64,000 nucleotides of DNA, taken from assembly GCA_944389065.1 (NCBI GenBank), contig CALXKZ010000025.1, forward strand, positions 1,275 through 65,274. The letters are read 5' to 3'. The stretch's first letter is position 1, and each line of letters begins with the position of its first letter. The position numbers and the translations under genes are program-made. This DNA comes from an uncultured Spirochaetaceae bacterium (GTDB lineage Bacteria; Spirochaetota; Spirochaetia; Sphaerochaetales; Sphaerochaetaceae). The notes under the pieces were generated by a model. The model did not search any database and was not told the origin of the DNA. It saw only the letters and a list, made by a program, of their open reading frames with translations. Below, piece after piece: positions 1 through 8,336 of this stretch.

Positions 1-1182
1 TATACGACCACAGCTGTCTTTCTTGTTCTGACAGCAATCGCGACGGCACTTATCGAAGGGTTCTCATGGAGAGTATGGGGAGCATCATCTGTTGGACTTC
101 TTGTTGGCGTCATAATCGGTATAACCACTGACTACTTCACTGATGATACCAAGCCGATTGTCCAGCGCGTTGCGAAGGCTTCTTCTTCCGGGCCTGCATT
201 CACAGTGCTTTCAGGAGTCTCATATGGGTTCATATCTGCACTGCCTGCAATGGTCGGCATTGCCGTATCAGCGCTTGCCGCATACAAGATCTGCGATCCG
301 ATAGGAGAGGGCTATGCGCTCTTCGGGATATCGATGGCTGCAGTGGGAATGCTTTCAATCGTCGGAATGATCATCTCGAACGACGCATATGGTCCGATTG
401 TCGACAATGCAAGAGGGCTAGCAGAGATGGGCGGACTGGGGGAAGAGACAATAAGAATCGCAGATGAGCTTGATAGTGCTGGAAATACCGTCAAAGCAGT
501 CACAAAAGGATTCTCAATAGGGGCAGCGGGGCTTACTGTCATATCACTTCTGGGTGCATTCATGTCAGAAGCTAATGCAGTGCTTTCAGAGCGCGGGATG
601 GATCTGATCACCGGTTTCGATATCATGAATCCTGCAGTTTTCTTCGGTATTCTCGTCGGGGCATCGCTTCCTGCGCTTTTCTCTGCGATGCTGATCCTCG
701 GTGTGGACAGGAATGCTGAGCGCATGGTTGCTGAGATACACCGGCAGTTCGATACAATCCCGGGACTGAGGGAAGGAAAGACAGCTCCTGATTACTCTCT
801 CTGCATTGATATCGCAGCATCGGGCGCGCTCCGCGAGCTCATACCAGCAGGCCTTGCCGCTATTATCGCGACAATCATCGTTGGTTTCATCGGAGGGCCG
901 TCCGCAATCGGAGGATTCCTTCTTGGCAATATCGTCTCAGGACTTCTCCTGGCACTTTTCATGTCCAATTCAGGAGGACTCTGGGACAACTCCAAAAAAT
1001 ATGTGGAAGCAGGTAATGAAGGAGGAAAGGGCAGCAATGCCCATAAGGCAGCTGTCATCGGAGATACTGTAGGCGATCCATTCAAGGATACAGCGGGCCC
1101 ATCGATCAACACGCAGATCACGGTTGTATCCCTTGTCTCATCGCTTCTTGTCTCTGTATTCGTATCCTTCTCGATATTCTGA
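1..1182 (+). CDS. hppA: Membrane-bound H+/Na+-translocating pyrophosphatase, C-terminal part (5' end outside window)
   Basis: Frame 1 is open from nt 1 into tracked ORF 205..1182. The product is a polytopic membrane protein with the PPase signature GDTVGDPFKDTAGPSINT near its C-terminus. Confidence 0.9.
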   Translation, partial: YTTTAVFLVLTAIATALIEGFSWRVWGASSVGLLVGVIIGITTDYFTDDTKPIVQRVAKASSSGPAFTVLSGVSYGFISALPAMVGIAVSALAAYKICDPIGEGYALFGISMAAVGMLSIVGMIISNDAYGPIVDNARGLAEMGGLGEETIRIADELDSAGNTVKAVTKGFSIGAAGLTVISLLGAFMSEANAVLSERGMDLITGFDIMNPAVFFGILVGASLPALFSAMLILGVDRNAERMVAEIHRQFDTIPGLREGKTAPDYSLCIDIAASGALRELIPAGLAAIIATIIVGFIGGPSAIGGFLLGNIVSGLLLALFMSNSGGLWDNSKKYVEAGNEGGKGSNAHKAAVIGDTVGDPFKDTAGPSINTQITVVSLVSSLLVSVFVSFSIF

Positions 1183-1185
1183 TGA

Positions 1186-1212
1186 AAAGCCCCCGCTTTT
1201 CAGGCGGGGACC
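1186..1212 (-). terminator. GC-rich hairpin between convergent hppA and the TRAP permease gene
   Basis: Stem CCCCGC (1191-1196) / GCGGGG (1204-1209) with a 7-nt loop. On the minus strand the stem is followed by CUUUUC. On the plus strand there is no U-tract. Confidence 0.45.
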
Positions 1213-1233
1213 TTAGTGTGATGATAACACAGA

Positions 1234-3222
1234 TCAGAATGAGATCTTCAGTCCTGCTTTTCTTGCGGTTATGCACTGGTATGCGATAGTTCCAGCAAGG
1301 ATGGCAAAGCCGAGGATATCTGTGATTGTTCCAGGATAGACCATCATCAGGCCACCGCCTGCAAGAAGCAAGCGAAGAAGCACCGGGATATCCTTGATGA
1401 AGTATCCGTTGAGGGCTGCTGCAATCGAGAATATTCCGAGAAGCGATGTTATGACGATCTGGACAACCTGGAATGCGGAATCGACATCGATGAAGAGCAT
1501 CGCAGGGCTGAGAGCGAAGATGTATGGAACAATGAACGCTGCTATTGCAAGACGCGTTGCATTCAGTCCTGTCTTCATCGGATTTGCTTTTGCAATCGCA
1601 GCTCCAGCATAGGCTGCAAGCGCGACAGGCGGCGTTATATCCGCAACGATTCCGAAGTAGAATACGAAGAAGTGCGCTGCCATCGTTGCAACACCGAAAG
1701 GCTCTCCGATGAGGATCGGTGCGCAGATTGATGCCATGATAAGGTAGTTCGCTGTTGTAGGAACTCCCATTCCGAGGATGATACAGCATACCATCGTGAA
1801 AAAGAGCGCGAGAAGCAGATGCCCGCCTGAGAGAATCTCGATTGCTCCTGCAAGCTTGCCGGCAAGTCCTGTGACGGTGATGCATCCGGAGATGATTCCT
1901 GCAAGACCGCAGGCGACAACTACTGTGATCGATCCTCTGGCTCCTCCTTCGAATGCTTCACAGATTCTGGAGAAAGTGAGCCTGTGCGCAGGGTTTATAA
2001 GGCCGACGATTATCGCAACACCGATTGAGATTGTGGCAGAGTAGGCCATCGTGAATGTATTTGTCGAAACAAGATACACAAGCGCAATCAGAGGTGCAAG
2101 GAGATAGATCTCCCTTATAAGCTCCTTTGCCTTCGGAAGCTCATTTCTTGGAATGCCTTTCATCCCCATCTTCTTGGCTTCAAGATGGACTGCGATGTAG
2201 ATTCCGGTAAAGTACAGGACTGCAGGAAGGATTGCCATGAGAGCGATCTTCGCATATGGCTGACCGGTATACTCTGCCATAAGGAATGCAGCTGCTCCCA
2301 TGATAGGAGGCATGATCTGTCCTCCTGTTGATGCGGCAGCCTCAACAGCGGCAGCGAACTCCGGTCTGTATCCCATCTTCTTCATCATCGGGATCGTGAT
2401 CGAACCTGAGCCGACAGTGTTTGCAACAGATGATCCTGAAGCCATGCCTTCAAGAGCTGATGCGACGACAGCGACTTTTGCTGGTCCTCCTGTGAAGCGT
2501 CCTACAGCTGCATTTGCAAACCTTATGAAGAAATCCGCGACGCCGGTACGCTCAAGGAATGCGCCGAATATGATGAAGATGACAATGAATTTCGCACACG
2601 TGTTGACAGGCGTTCCGAATATTCCGTTCGTTGTGTAGAAGAGCGTTCTGACAACCTGGAAAAGATCCTGTCCCGTGGCGAATGTATAGATCAGAAGCAC
2701 ACCTGCCACACAGAGGATTGGAAGACCCACGCATCTTCTGCATAGCTCCACAAGGGCAAGTATGCCGATGATTCCTATGATCATGTACGATGGCCGTGCC
2801 ATGATGCGTGCCGAGAGCCTTATTACATCCATCGCATTGATGGCATAATAGAAATAGGCTCCGGATCCAAGGACCATGATCACGATGTCGTACCATGGAA
2901 TATGGTTCGGCCTCATTATTCCCTTCTTCACAGGGAATGTAAGGAATCCGAGGAGTACGATCATACCGACGAAAATAGCAAGACGGCGCTCAGGGAGCGT
3001 TGTGAGGAAGATCGCGTCAATGATGCAATAGACAGCAAAAACAGCCATTATGGCACCGACAATGATCTTCGGCGTCCCTTCCCAGATCCTCTGGTTGGAC
3101 TCCCTGTCATATTTCCGCATTACAGCTTCAACATCCGCTGCGGTTCCGACGGAATCATCGTATTCTTCTGTGATTACCGTTTCCTTTTCTTTCTTCTTTC
3201 CTTGTCTGATTAGCTTTGGCAA
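1234..3222 (-). CDS. TRAP transporter fused permease subunit (TAXI-type)
   Basis: 662-aa polytopic membrane protein of the size and architecture of fused TAXI-TRAP permeases. It lies immediately downstream of a TAXI binding-protein gene. TTG start at 3222 is preceded by AAGGAG (3234-3229). Confidence 0.85.
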   Translation of the reverse strand: MPKLIRQGKKKEKETVITEEYDDSVGTAADVEAVMRKYDRESNQRIWEGTPKIIVGAIMAVFAVYCIIDAIFLTTLPERRLAIFVGMIVLLGFLTFPVKKGIMRPNHIPWYDIVIMVLGSGAYFYYAINAMDVIRLSARIMARPSYMIIGIIGILALVELCRRCVGLPILCVAGVLLIYTFATGQDLFQVVRTLFYTTNGIFGTPVNTCAKFIVIFIIFGAFLERTGVADFFIRFANAAVGRFTGGPAKVAVVASALEGMASGSSVANTVGSGSITIPMMKKMGYRPEFAAAVEAAASTGGQIMPPIMGAAAFLMAEYTGQPYAKIALMAILPAVLYFTGIYIAVHLEAKKMGMKGIPRNELPKAKELIREIYLLAPLIALVYLVSTNTFTMAYSATISIGVAIIVGLINPAHRLTFSRICEAFEGGARGSITVVVACGLAGIISGCITVTGLAGKLAGAIEILSGGHLLLALFFTMVCCIILGMGVPTTANYLIMASICAPILIGEPFGVATMAAHFFVFYFGIVADITPPVALAAYAGAAIAKANPMKTGLNATRLAIAAFIVPYIFALSPAMLFIDVDSAFQVVQIVITSLLGIFSIAAALNGYFIKDIPVLLRLLLAGGGLMMVYPGTITDILGFAILAGTIAYQCITARKAGLKISF

Positions 3223-3232
3223 TATATTCTCC

Positions 3233-3269
3233 TTAAAAATCAGGAAAGGAGGCTGCCTGGGCAGTCTCC
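3233..3269 (-). terminator. Intra-operon hairpin (possible attenuator) between the TAXI binding-protein and permease genes
   Basis: Inverted repeat GGAGGCTGCC (3248-3257) / GGCAGTCTCC (3260-3269). On the minus-strand RNA it is followed by UUUCCUGAUUUUU. One position is a mismatch on the minus strand, so the stem is imperfect. Confidence 0.4.
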
Positions 3270-3290
3270 TCTCCGGTCATGAGGGAATCT

Positions 3291-4262
3291 TCATTTGACA
3301 GGAACTGTATATCCCTTTTCAGCAAAGTACTTTGCTGCGCCCGGATGATACGGAACAGTTGTGATTGATGCAGCAAAATCCATATCGAGCTCAGCACCCT
3401 TTGCATGTGCCTTCGTGATCTCTTCCTTATCATCCATAATCGTTGAGATGATATTGTAAGCATCCTCATCGGATACATCATTGCGTGCAATGACAACAGC
3501 ACCTACAGCAACAGTCTGGCAGTCTGTGTCAGTGCCGTATACGGATGCTGCGATTGTATTCGGGCTGTAATACGGTGAAGCTTCCATGAGAGCATCCATA
3601 TGCTCGTCATCGATTGAAACAAGCTGCACATCCTGTGTGCTTGCAAGCGTGGAGATAGCAACCGTTGGAGCTCCAGCTACGACGAATGCAGCATCTATCT
3701 TGCCATCCTGAAGAGAATCAACGCTGTCTCCGAAGCTCTGATATGTCGGCTTGATATCATTTTCTGTCAGTCCATAGGCTGCAAGGATGTCAAGTGCATT
3801 GTAGTAAACACCGGAGCCGGAGGATCCGATGGAGACAGCCTTGCCCTTGAGGTCTGCGACAGTCTTGATCGACGGATCGAGAGTAACGATCTGGACCTGC
3901 TCCATGTAGAGCGCTCCGAGTGTCGAGAAGCTATCGATCTTGCCTGTCTCTGCAAAGAGGTTTGTTCCGTTGTATGCATAGCTCATGACATCGGTCTGGA
4001 CAAAGCCGAGCTGGTATCTGTTCATATCCATCATTTCGATGTTGTCCTGGCTGCCTGCGCTTACAACAGCTGTCACCTTTGTATCGGTTTCGCTTGAAAC
4101 TCTCTGTGCAAGGACGTTTCCGTATCCGTAGTATGTACCCTGATCACCACCTGTTCCGAACATCAGATTCCCGGATGATTCAGATGAACCTGATGCCATC
4201 AGCGGGACTGAGATCGTCAGGATAAGAGCAAACAGAACTGCAATGGTCTTCTTCATATGCAC
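3291..4262 (-). CDS. TAXI-family TRAP transporter solute-binding protein
   Basis: 323 aa with signal peptide MKKTIAVLFALILTISVPLMASG. Overall resemblance to TAXI solute receptors (GTGGDQGTYYGYG near the N-terminus). Paired with the fused permease. Confidence 0.85.
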   Translation of the reverse strand: MHMKKTIAVLFALILTISVPLMASGSSESSGNLMFGTGGDQGTYYGYGNVLAQRVSSETDTKVTAVVSAGSQDNIEMMDMNRYQLGFVQTDVMSYAYNGTNLFAETGKIDSFSTLGALYMEQVQIVTLDPSIKTVADLKGKAVSIGSSGSGVYYNALDILAAYGLTENDIKPTYQSFGDSVDSLQDGKIDAAFVVAGAPTVAISTLASTQDVQLVSIDDEHMDALMEASPYYSPNTIAASVYGTDTDCQTVAVGAVVIARNDVSDEDAYNIISTIMDDKEEITKAHAKGAELDMDFAASITTVPYHPGAAKYFAEKGYTVPVK

Positions 4263-4408
4263 CTCCTAAAGAAGCAAGGCCTCTTTTGTTCATTTAATTA
4301 AGCTATGTGATTGTATATTCAGAATTAAACTCTCCGATATAAATCATGAGCTATGGTTACATCCTCCGGGAATGGTGAAGTTTTGTCAATAGATACAGCA
4401 ATCCGGAT

Positions 4409-4433
4409 TGAATAATAATTCGATTATTATGCA
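4409..4433. promoter_or_regulatory. 25-bp near-perfect palindrome, ARG-box-like candidate operator upstream of the TAXI-TRAP operon
   Basis: TGAATAATAAT-TCG-ATTATTATGCA has 11-bp arms matching 10/11. It contains TGAATaataATTCg, close to the ARG-box core TGAATwwwwATTCA. On the minus strand it overlaps a CATAAT -10-like hexamer. Confidence 0.4.
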
Positions 4434-4449
4434 GTTTTTGCAGTGATTT

Positions 4450-5709
4450 TTACATATAATTGCAATTTCGGTCTGGAATCACCTTCCCGATGACAGCTCC
4501 GAGAAGTGCTGGTACGACCCATCCGAAACCAGCATCGGAAAATGGAAGGAAATCCAGTCCCATGGCTGCTATTGCTGAGCCTATCAAAGCCCCCGCTCCG
4601 CTCAGTCTGATGCTCCAGGAACTGATTGATCGTGGAAGGAATGCATATATTGTCAGAACGATTGCTATCGGATAGAGGAAAGAGAGCACCGGCACGGACA
4701 TGGAGATTATTATATTCAGCCCGATATTCGACACTATTGCCGAGAAGACTGCGAAGACAATCACAAGCGTTCTGTATCCGACTGCTGGAAAGAGCTTGGA
4801 AAAATACTCTCCGCAGGATGAAAGCAGTCCGATGCATGTATTGAGGCAGGCTGCTACGAAGACCTCAGAGAGTATCGCAAGACCGGTTTTCCCGAAAGCA
4901 TCATATGCGGCAGCGGAGAGCACGTCCGCTCCATTTCCAGCGAAGATCCCGTTGCTTCCTGCATAGCGTCCGATCATTGCTATCGTAAGATAGACAGCAA
5001 ATAGAAGAATTCCTGCGATTACTGCTCCTATGGTCTCAATCCTTCTTGCTTCCTTTCCGTCTGTGTATCCCAGATCCTGGATATTCAGTGCGATCACTAT
5101 ACCGAAGATAAGGGCAGCGATCGCATCCATTGTCTGGTAGCCATCGATAAGCCCTGCTGCGACAGGGGATGATATGTATTTTGAGGCAGACGGGAATTCA
5201 ATCTCTCCGAATCCATGGGAAAAGCAACCGATGGCTATTACCGCAATGAGGATGAGAAGAAGAGGACATGTTATCCGTCCAAGGACCTTTGTAAGCTTCT
5301 CTGGTCTCATTGCTATTGCAGAAGCGGCAAGGAAGAAAAGAACCGAGTACATCAAAGCCGCTGTCCCGGAGTCATTTCCGATTGCCTTAGCTGCCATCTC
5401 GAAGCTTGCCGATGCGGTTCTTGGTATTGCAAGGCATGGCCCTATGGCAAGGTATATCGCAATCGTGTATATCTTTCCGAAAGCAGGATGGATACGTGCT
5501 GAGAGCTTTTCAAGCCCATCTGTCCTCTCTACTGCAAGAAGAGCTGCGACGGGAAGGCCTATTGCGGTTATGGAAAAACCGATGAATGCCGGAATGAAGT
5601 TCCTTCCAGCTTCAAGTGCGAGGAAAGGAGGAAAGATGAGATTTCCTGCTCCGAAGAACATCGAGAATATTGTGAGTGGAATCAGAATCCTTTTATTCCT
5701 TGATGGCAT
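4450..5709 (-). CDS. brnQ: Branched-chain amino acid transport system II carrier (LIVCS family)
   Basis: 419-aa polytopic protein with the N-terminal FFGAGNLIFPPFLALEAG motif typical of BrnQ. Confidence 0.85.
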   Translation of the reverse strand: MPSRNKRILIPLTIFSMFFGAGNLIFPPFLALEAGRNFIPAFIGFSITAIGLPVAALLAVERTDGLEKLSARIHPAFGKIYTIAIYLAIGPCLAIPRTASASFEMAAKAIGNDSGTAALMYSVLFFLAASAIAMRPEKLTKVLGRITCPLLLILIAVIAIGCFSHGFGEIEFPSASKYISSPVAAGLIDGYQTMDAIAALIFGIVIALNIQDLGYTDGKEARRIETIGAVIAGILLFAVYLTIAMIGRYAGSNGIFAGNGADVLSAAAYDAFGKTGLAILSEVFVAACLNTCIGLLSSCGEYFSKLFPAVGYRTLVIVFAVFSAIVSNIGLNIIISMSVPVLSFLYPIAIVLTIYAFLPRSISSWSIRLSGAGALIGSAIAAMGLDFLPFSDAGFGWVVPALLGAVIGKVIPDRNCNYM

Positions 5710-5890
5710 ATGAGTATTCTACAGCAGGGAAGACACAAAGGAAATAAGGAGTTATCATCAGGTATGCCAAGAGAAGATGAAGATAGGAAAGCCTCTGAGG
5801 AGAAGCTCAGCTCGGCATGGTCTCCTGATGAGGAGATAGTCCTTGAATGGGCTGGCAGGGCAGAGGGGATAAGCGAGGAACAGTGAAGTT

Positions 5891-5930
5891 GAAATAGAAA
5901 AGCGCTTTCCCCGTTATGCACAGGAAAAGC
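5891..5930 (-). terminator. Intrinsic terminator downstream of argG
   Basis: Minus-strand RNA stem GCUUUUCC / GGGGAAAGC (8 bp including one G-U that would be C-A on the plus strand), followed by GCUUUUCUAUUU. Confidence 0.5.
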
Positions 5931-5956
5931 ACTCTGTCTCACCTGTAGCCAGGGAT

Positions 5957-7180
5957 TCAGTTCTTAGCGTCCCTTACCGCAGATGCCATAAGCCTTATCG
6001 CATTGATGTTTATGAAGCCCTTGCAGTCAATCGGATGGTATCCGCCGGCTTTATCCATGGATCCCAGATCCTCATTGTAAAGAGAGCATGGAGATTCGAT
6101 TCCTGCATTGATCACATTGCCTTTATAGAGTGCGACGGTCGCCTTTCCTGTCACATTCTTCTGGCTCTCATCAAAAAGCGCTGTAAGCATATTGAATTCC
6201 GGTGCTCCCCAGTATCCATTGTAGATAAGCTCTGCATATTTCGGAGAGAGCATATCCCTTAAGTGCATCGCTTCCTTGTCCATGCACAGTCCCTCGAGAT
6301 TGTGATGTGCCTTCCAGAGAATCTCGCATCCCGGAGTCTCGTATACACCGCGTGACTTGATTCCGATGAACCTGTTCTCGACCATATCGACTCTGCCGAT
6401 AGCATTGTCATGACCCATCTTATTGAGATACATGATCATCTCGACAGGATCCGTGACCACAGTCTGGTCGCACTCGTTCTTCACTGAGAGAGGAATGCCG
6501 TCCTTGAACTCGATTGTGAGGATCGTCTCCTTGTCTGCGGCCTTTTCCGGTGAGAGCGTGAGAGAGTAGACATCCTCTGGGCACCTGAGCGCCGGATCCT
6601 CAAGGATTCCTGCCTCATGGGAGATATGGATCATGTTCTCATCCTCGCTGTAAGGCTTTTTTGTCGTAGCCTTTACAGGTATTCCGTTCTCCTCAGCGTA
6701 CTTGAGCATATCGCTTCTGCCTTCGAACTGCGAGAGCCACTCCTCATCCTTCCAGGGACTTATGATCTTCACATCAGGCATGTTCATGTAGTATCCGAAC
6801 TCGAACCTCACCTGATCGTTTCCCTTTCCTGTCGCTCCATGCGCGACATACTTCGTCCCTTCCTTCTTCGCAATCTCGATATGCCTCTTTGCGATGATGG
6901 GCCTTGCGAGCGATGTGCCGAGCATGTATGTGCCCTCATAGATCGTATTGGCCTTGAGAGCAGGGTAGATATAGTCAGTGACAAGGGGCTTCTTGAGATC
7001 CTCTATATATACTTTTGAAGCACCTGTCGCATAAGCTTTCTCCTCGATAGCCTTGTAGTCCTCGTTCTGCCCGACATCTGCAACGTATGCGATAACGTCG
7101 AATCCCTTGTTGCTGAGCCATTTGAGGATTACGGAAGTATCGAGACCGCCAGAGTATGCAAGTATGACTTTATCTTTCAT
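5957..7180 (-). CDS. argG: Argininosuccinate synthase
   Basis: 407 aa with the N-terminal AYSGGLDTS nucleotide-binding motif and full-length resemblance to argininosuccinate synthase. AGGAG lies 9 nt upstream of the ATG. Confidence 0.95.
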   Translation of the reverse strand: MKDKVILAYSGGLDTSVILKWLSNKGFDVIAYVADVGQNEDYKAIEEKAYATGASKVYIEDLKKPLVTDYIYPALKANTIYEGTYMLGTSLARPIIAKRHIEIAKKEGTKYVAHGATGKGNDQVRFEFGYYMNMPDVKIISPWKDEEWLSQFEGRSDMLKYAEENGIPVKATTKKPYSEDENMIHISHEAGILEDPALRCPEDVYSLTLSPEKAADKETILTIEFKDGIPLSVKNECDQTVVTDPVEMIMYLNKMGHDNAIGRVDMVENRFIGIKSRGVYETPGCEILWKAHHNLEGLCMDKEAMHLRDMLSPKYAELIYNGYWGAPEFNMLTALFDESQKNVTGKATVALYKGNVINAGIESPCSLYNEDLGSMDKAGGYHPIDCKGFININAIRLMASAVRDAKN

Positions 7181-7204
7181 TTCATTTATCTCCTAACACA
7201 GGTC

Positions 7205-7232
7205 ATTATGCATATTTATTGATAAATATCAA
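7205..7232 (-). promoter_or_regulatory. Candidate sigma70-type promoter of argG
   Basis: On the minus strand: TTGATA (7232-7227), 16-nt spacer, CATAAT (7210-7205), about 25 nt upstream of the argG start codon. Confidence 0.5.
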
Positions 7233-7293
7233 GCGTATTTCGAATATTTATGCATAAACTAATTGCTATATGCATATTCGATGAATATTATTC
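7207..7293. promoter_or_regulatory. Cluster of ARG-box-like operators overlapping the argG promoter
   Basis: TATGCATA occurs at 7208, 7249 and 7269 (spacing 41 and 20 bp). ARG-box-like cores are TGCATatttATTGA (7209-7222) and CGAATatttATGCA (7241-7254). There is also a perfect inverted repeat TTGATAaaTATCAA (7219-7232). Confidence 0.45.
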
Positions 7294-7302
7294 CTGCTGA
7301 AG

Positions 7303-7343
7303 GCAAAAAATAACCCCCAGCGCCGGTGAGACAAGCTGGAGGT
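7303..7343 (-). terminator. Strand-specific intrinsic terminator upstream of the argG promoter
   Basis: Minus-strand stem ACCUCCAGC (7343-7335) / GCUGGGGGU (7321-7313), 9 bp, followed by UAUUUUUU. One pair is G-U on the minus strand and would be C-A on the plus strand. Confidence 0.55.
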
Positions 7344-7446
7344 CTGCATCCCGGACTACACCGGAACGTCTATGGCGGTCCCTCTTCTAGGCAACCCGAC
7401 TGCACGTCATTTAAGCCACTGATTAGCTTATAACATGAGTAAGAAT
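7303..7446 (-). ncRNA. Candidate ~145-nt structured small RNA or cis-acting leader, family not recognised
   Basis: Putative promoter TTGACT (7479-7474), 16-nt spacer, TATTTA (7457-7452). Internal hairpins lie at 7412-7430 and 7349-7366. It ends in the terminator at 7303-7343. No ORF of 60 aa or more explains the region. Confidence 0.3.
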
Positions 7447-7567
7447 CTTTGTAAATACATTATTTATATAAAAAGTCAATAAATCGATATAACTGCTCTA
7501 AGAAACGAAATATGTTTTCCGATTTCCGGCGTTGCTATTCTTCCTATATTTACGTACATTAATCACT

Positions 7568-8332
7568 ATGAAAGGTTTTTTCATAAAGAAGGCTTTTTTC
7601 GACGGATGGGACAATCTTATCGCAATTGCTCTCATGAATATCGCATTCCTTGCTGTAATATACCTTGGATTCGTCGCATTCTTGGGTTTTTCCTCTGTTG
7701 CGATGCTTGTCGTTCCTCTTCTTCTTGTAGTTGTCTCTATTCTCCTCGGAGGATCGGCTTCAGCTGTGCATAACTACTCTGAATACAGAGGAGATACATG
7801 GGCTGCGATAAGAACAGGAATCACAAGGAATATAAGGCATTCGCTTCTTTTCTCGCTGATACTCATCATGGCTGTCCTCAATGCGCTCTTGATAATCCCT
7901 TTCTACCTTTCATATGCCAATGCGTTCGGCCTGATCATCGCAGTGATACTTCTCTGGCTTGAGATCATAATCCTTCTCTGCATTCCATACTATTTTCCGC
8001 TGATGAACCATCTTCCGGCTGATAGACCTTTTAAGACTGCACGGAAATGCATCATCATCGTCGGTGACAACTTCGGCTTCACGATATTCTTCTTCATATA
8101 CAATATCATCTGTGTGGCGTTTTCCGTCTTCACAATGGGCATCATCCCCGGGATAACAGGCATGCAGCTCGCTGCAGAGGATGCGATAAGGCTTATCATG
8201 ATGAAGTATGACTATCTGGAGGAGAATCCAGATGCTGACAGAAAGCATATCCCATGGGAGGATATCCTCTATGACGAGAAGGAGAAGGTTGGGCCAAGAT
8301 CTTTGAAGAACATGCTATTCCCATGGAAGTGA
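7568..8332 (+). CDS. DUF624 (YesL-like) integral membrane protein
   Basis: N-terminus MKGFFIKKAFFDGWDNLIAIALMNIAFL followed by several TM helices resembles the YesL/DUF624 family. I moved the start from the tracked TTG at 7532 to the ATG at 7568. Confidence 0.5.
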   Translation: MKGFFIKKAFFDGWDNLIAIALMNIAFLAVIYLGFVAFLGFSSVAMLVVPLLLVVVSILLGGSASAVHNYSEYRGDTWAAIRTGITRNIRHSLLFSLILIMAVLNALLIIPFYLSYANAFGLIIAVILLWLEIIILLCIPYYFPLMNHLPADRPFKTARKCIIIVGDNFGFTIFFFIYNIICVAFSVFTMGIIPGITGMQLAAEDAIRLIMMKYDYLEENPDADRKHIPWEDILYDEKEKVGPRSLKNMLFPWK

Positions 8333-8336
8333 GCGT

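Noticed and set aside
1118-1885. Long antisense or shadow ORFs opposite real genes: this 255-aa ORF, and also 16351-16971, 18397-18954, 34032-34622, 35203-35769, 37975-38520, 52022-52681, 54389-54979 and 55340-55924
   Set aside because: Each lies entirely inside, and antisense or out of frame to, a gene with an unmistakable conserved product. Their translations are low-complexity (Ser/Arg/Cys/His-rich) with no recognisable motifs. This is typical of shadow ORFs at this base composition.
5682-5942. 86-aa ORF in the argG-brnQ spacer, and the idea of a T-box or leader upstream of brnQ (5710-5890)
   Set aside because: The ORF starts inside the argG terminator hairpin, is Ser-rich low complexity and overlaps the brnQ start. 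The ~180-nt pyrimidine-rich spacer shows no T-box (no AGAGA / GGUGGUACCGCG-type motifs) or other recognisable leader. It is left unannotated.
7303-7446. Whether the structured RNA upstream of argG is SRP (4.5S) RNA or a known riboswitch
   Set aside because: A CCGGGAUGCAG segment vaguely resembles part of E. coli 4.5S RNA. However, the diagnostic GGAA tetraloop with flanking GGUCC / GGAAGCAGCC motifs is absent on both strands. I also found no match to consensus cores of the SAM, TPP, purine, glycine, guanidine-I/II/III, ZTP, c-di-GMP, fluoride, cobalamin or T-box families. It is kept only as an unclassified candidate.
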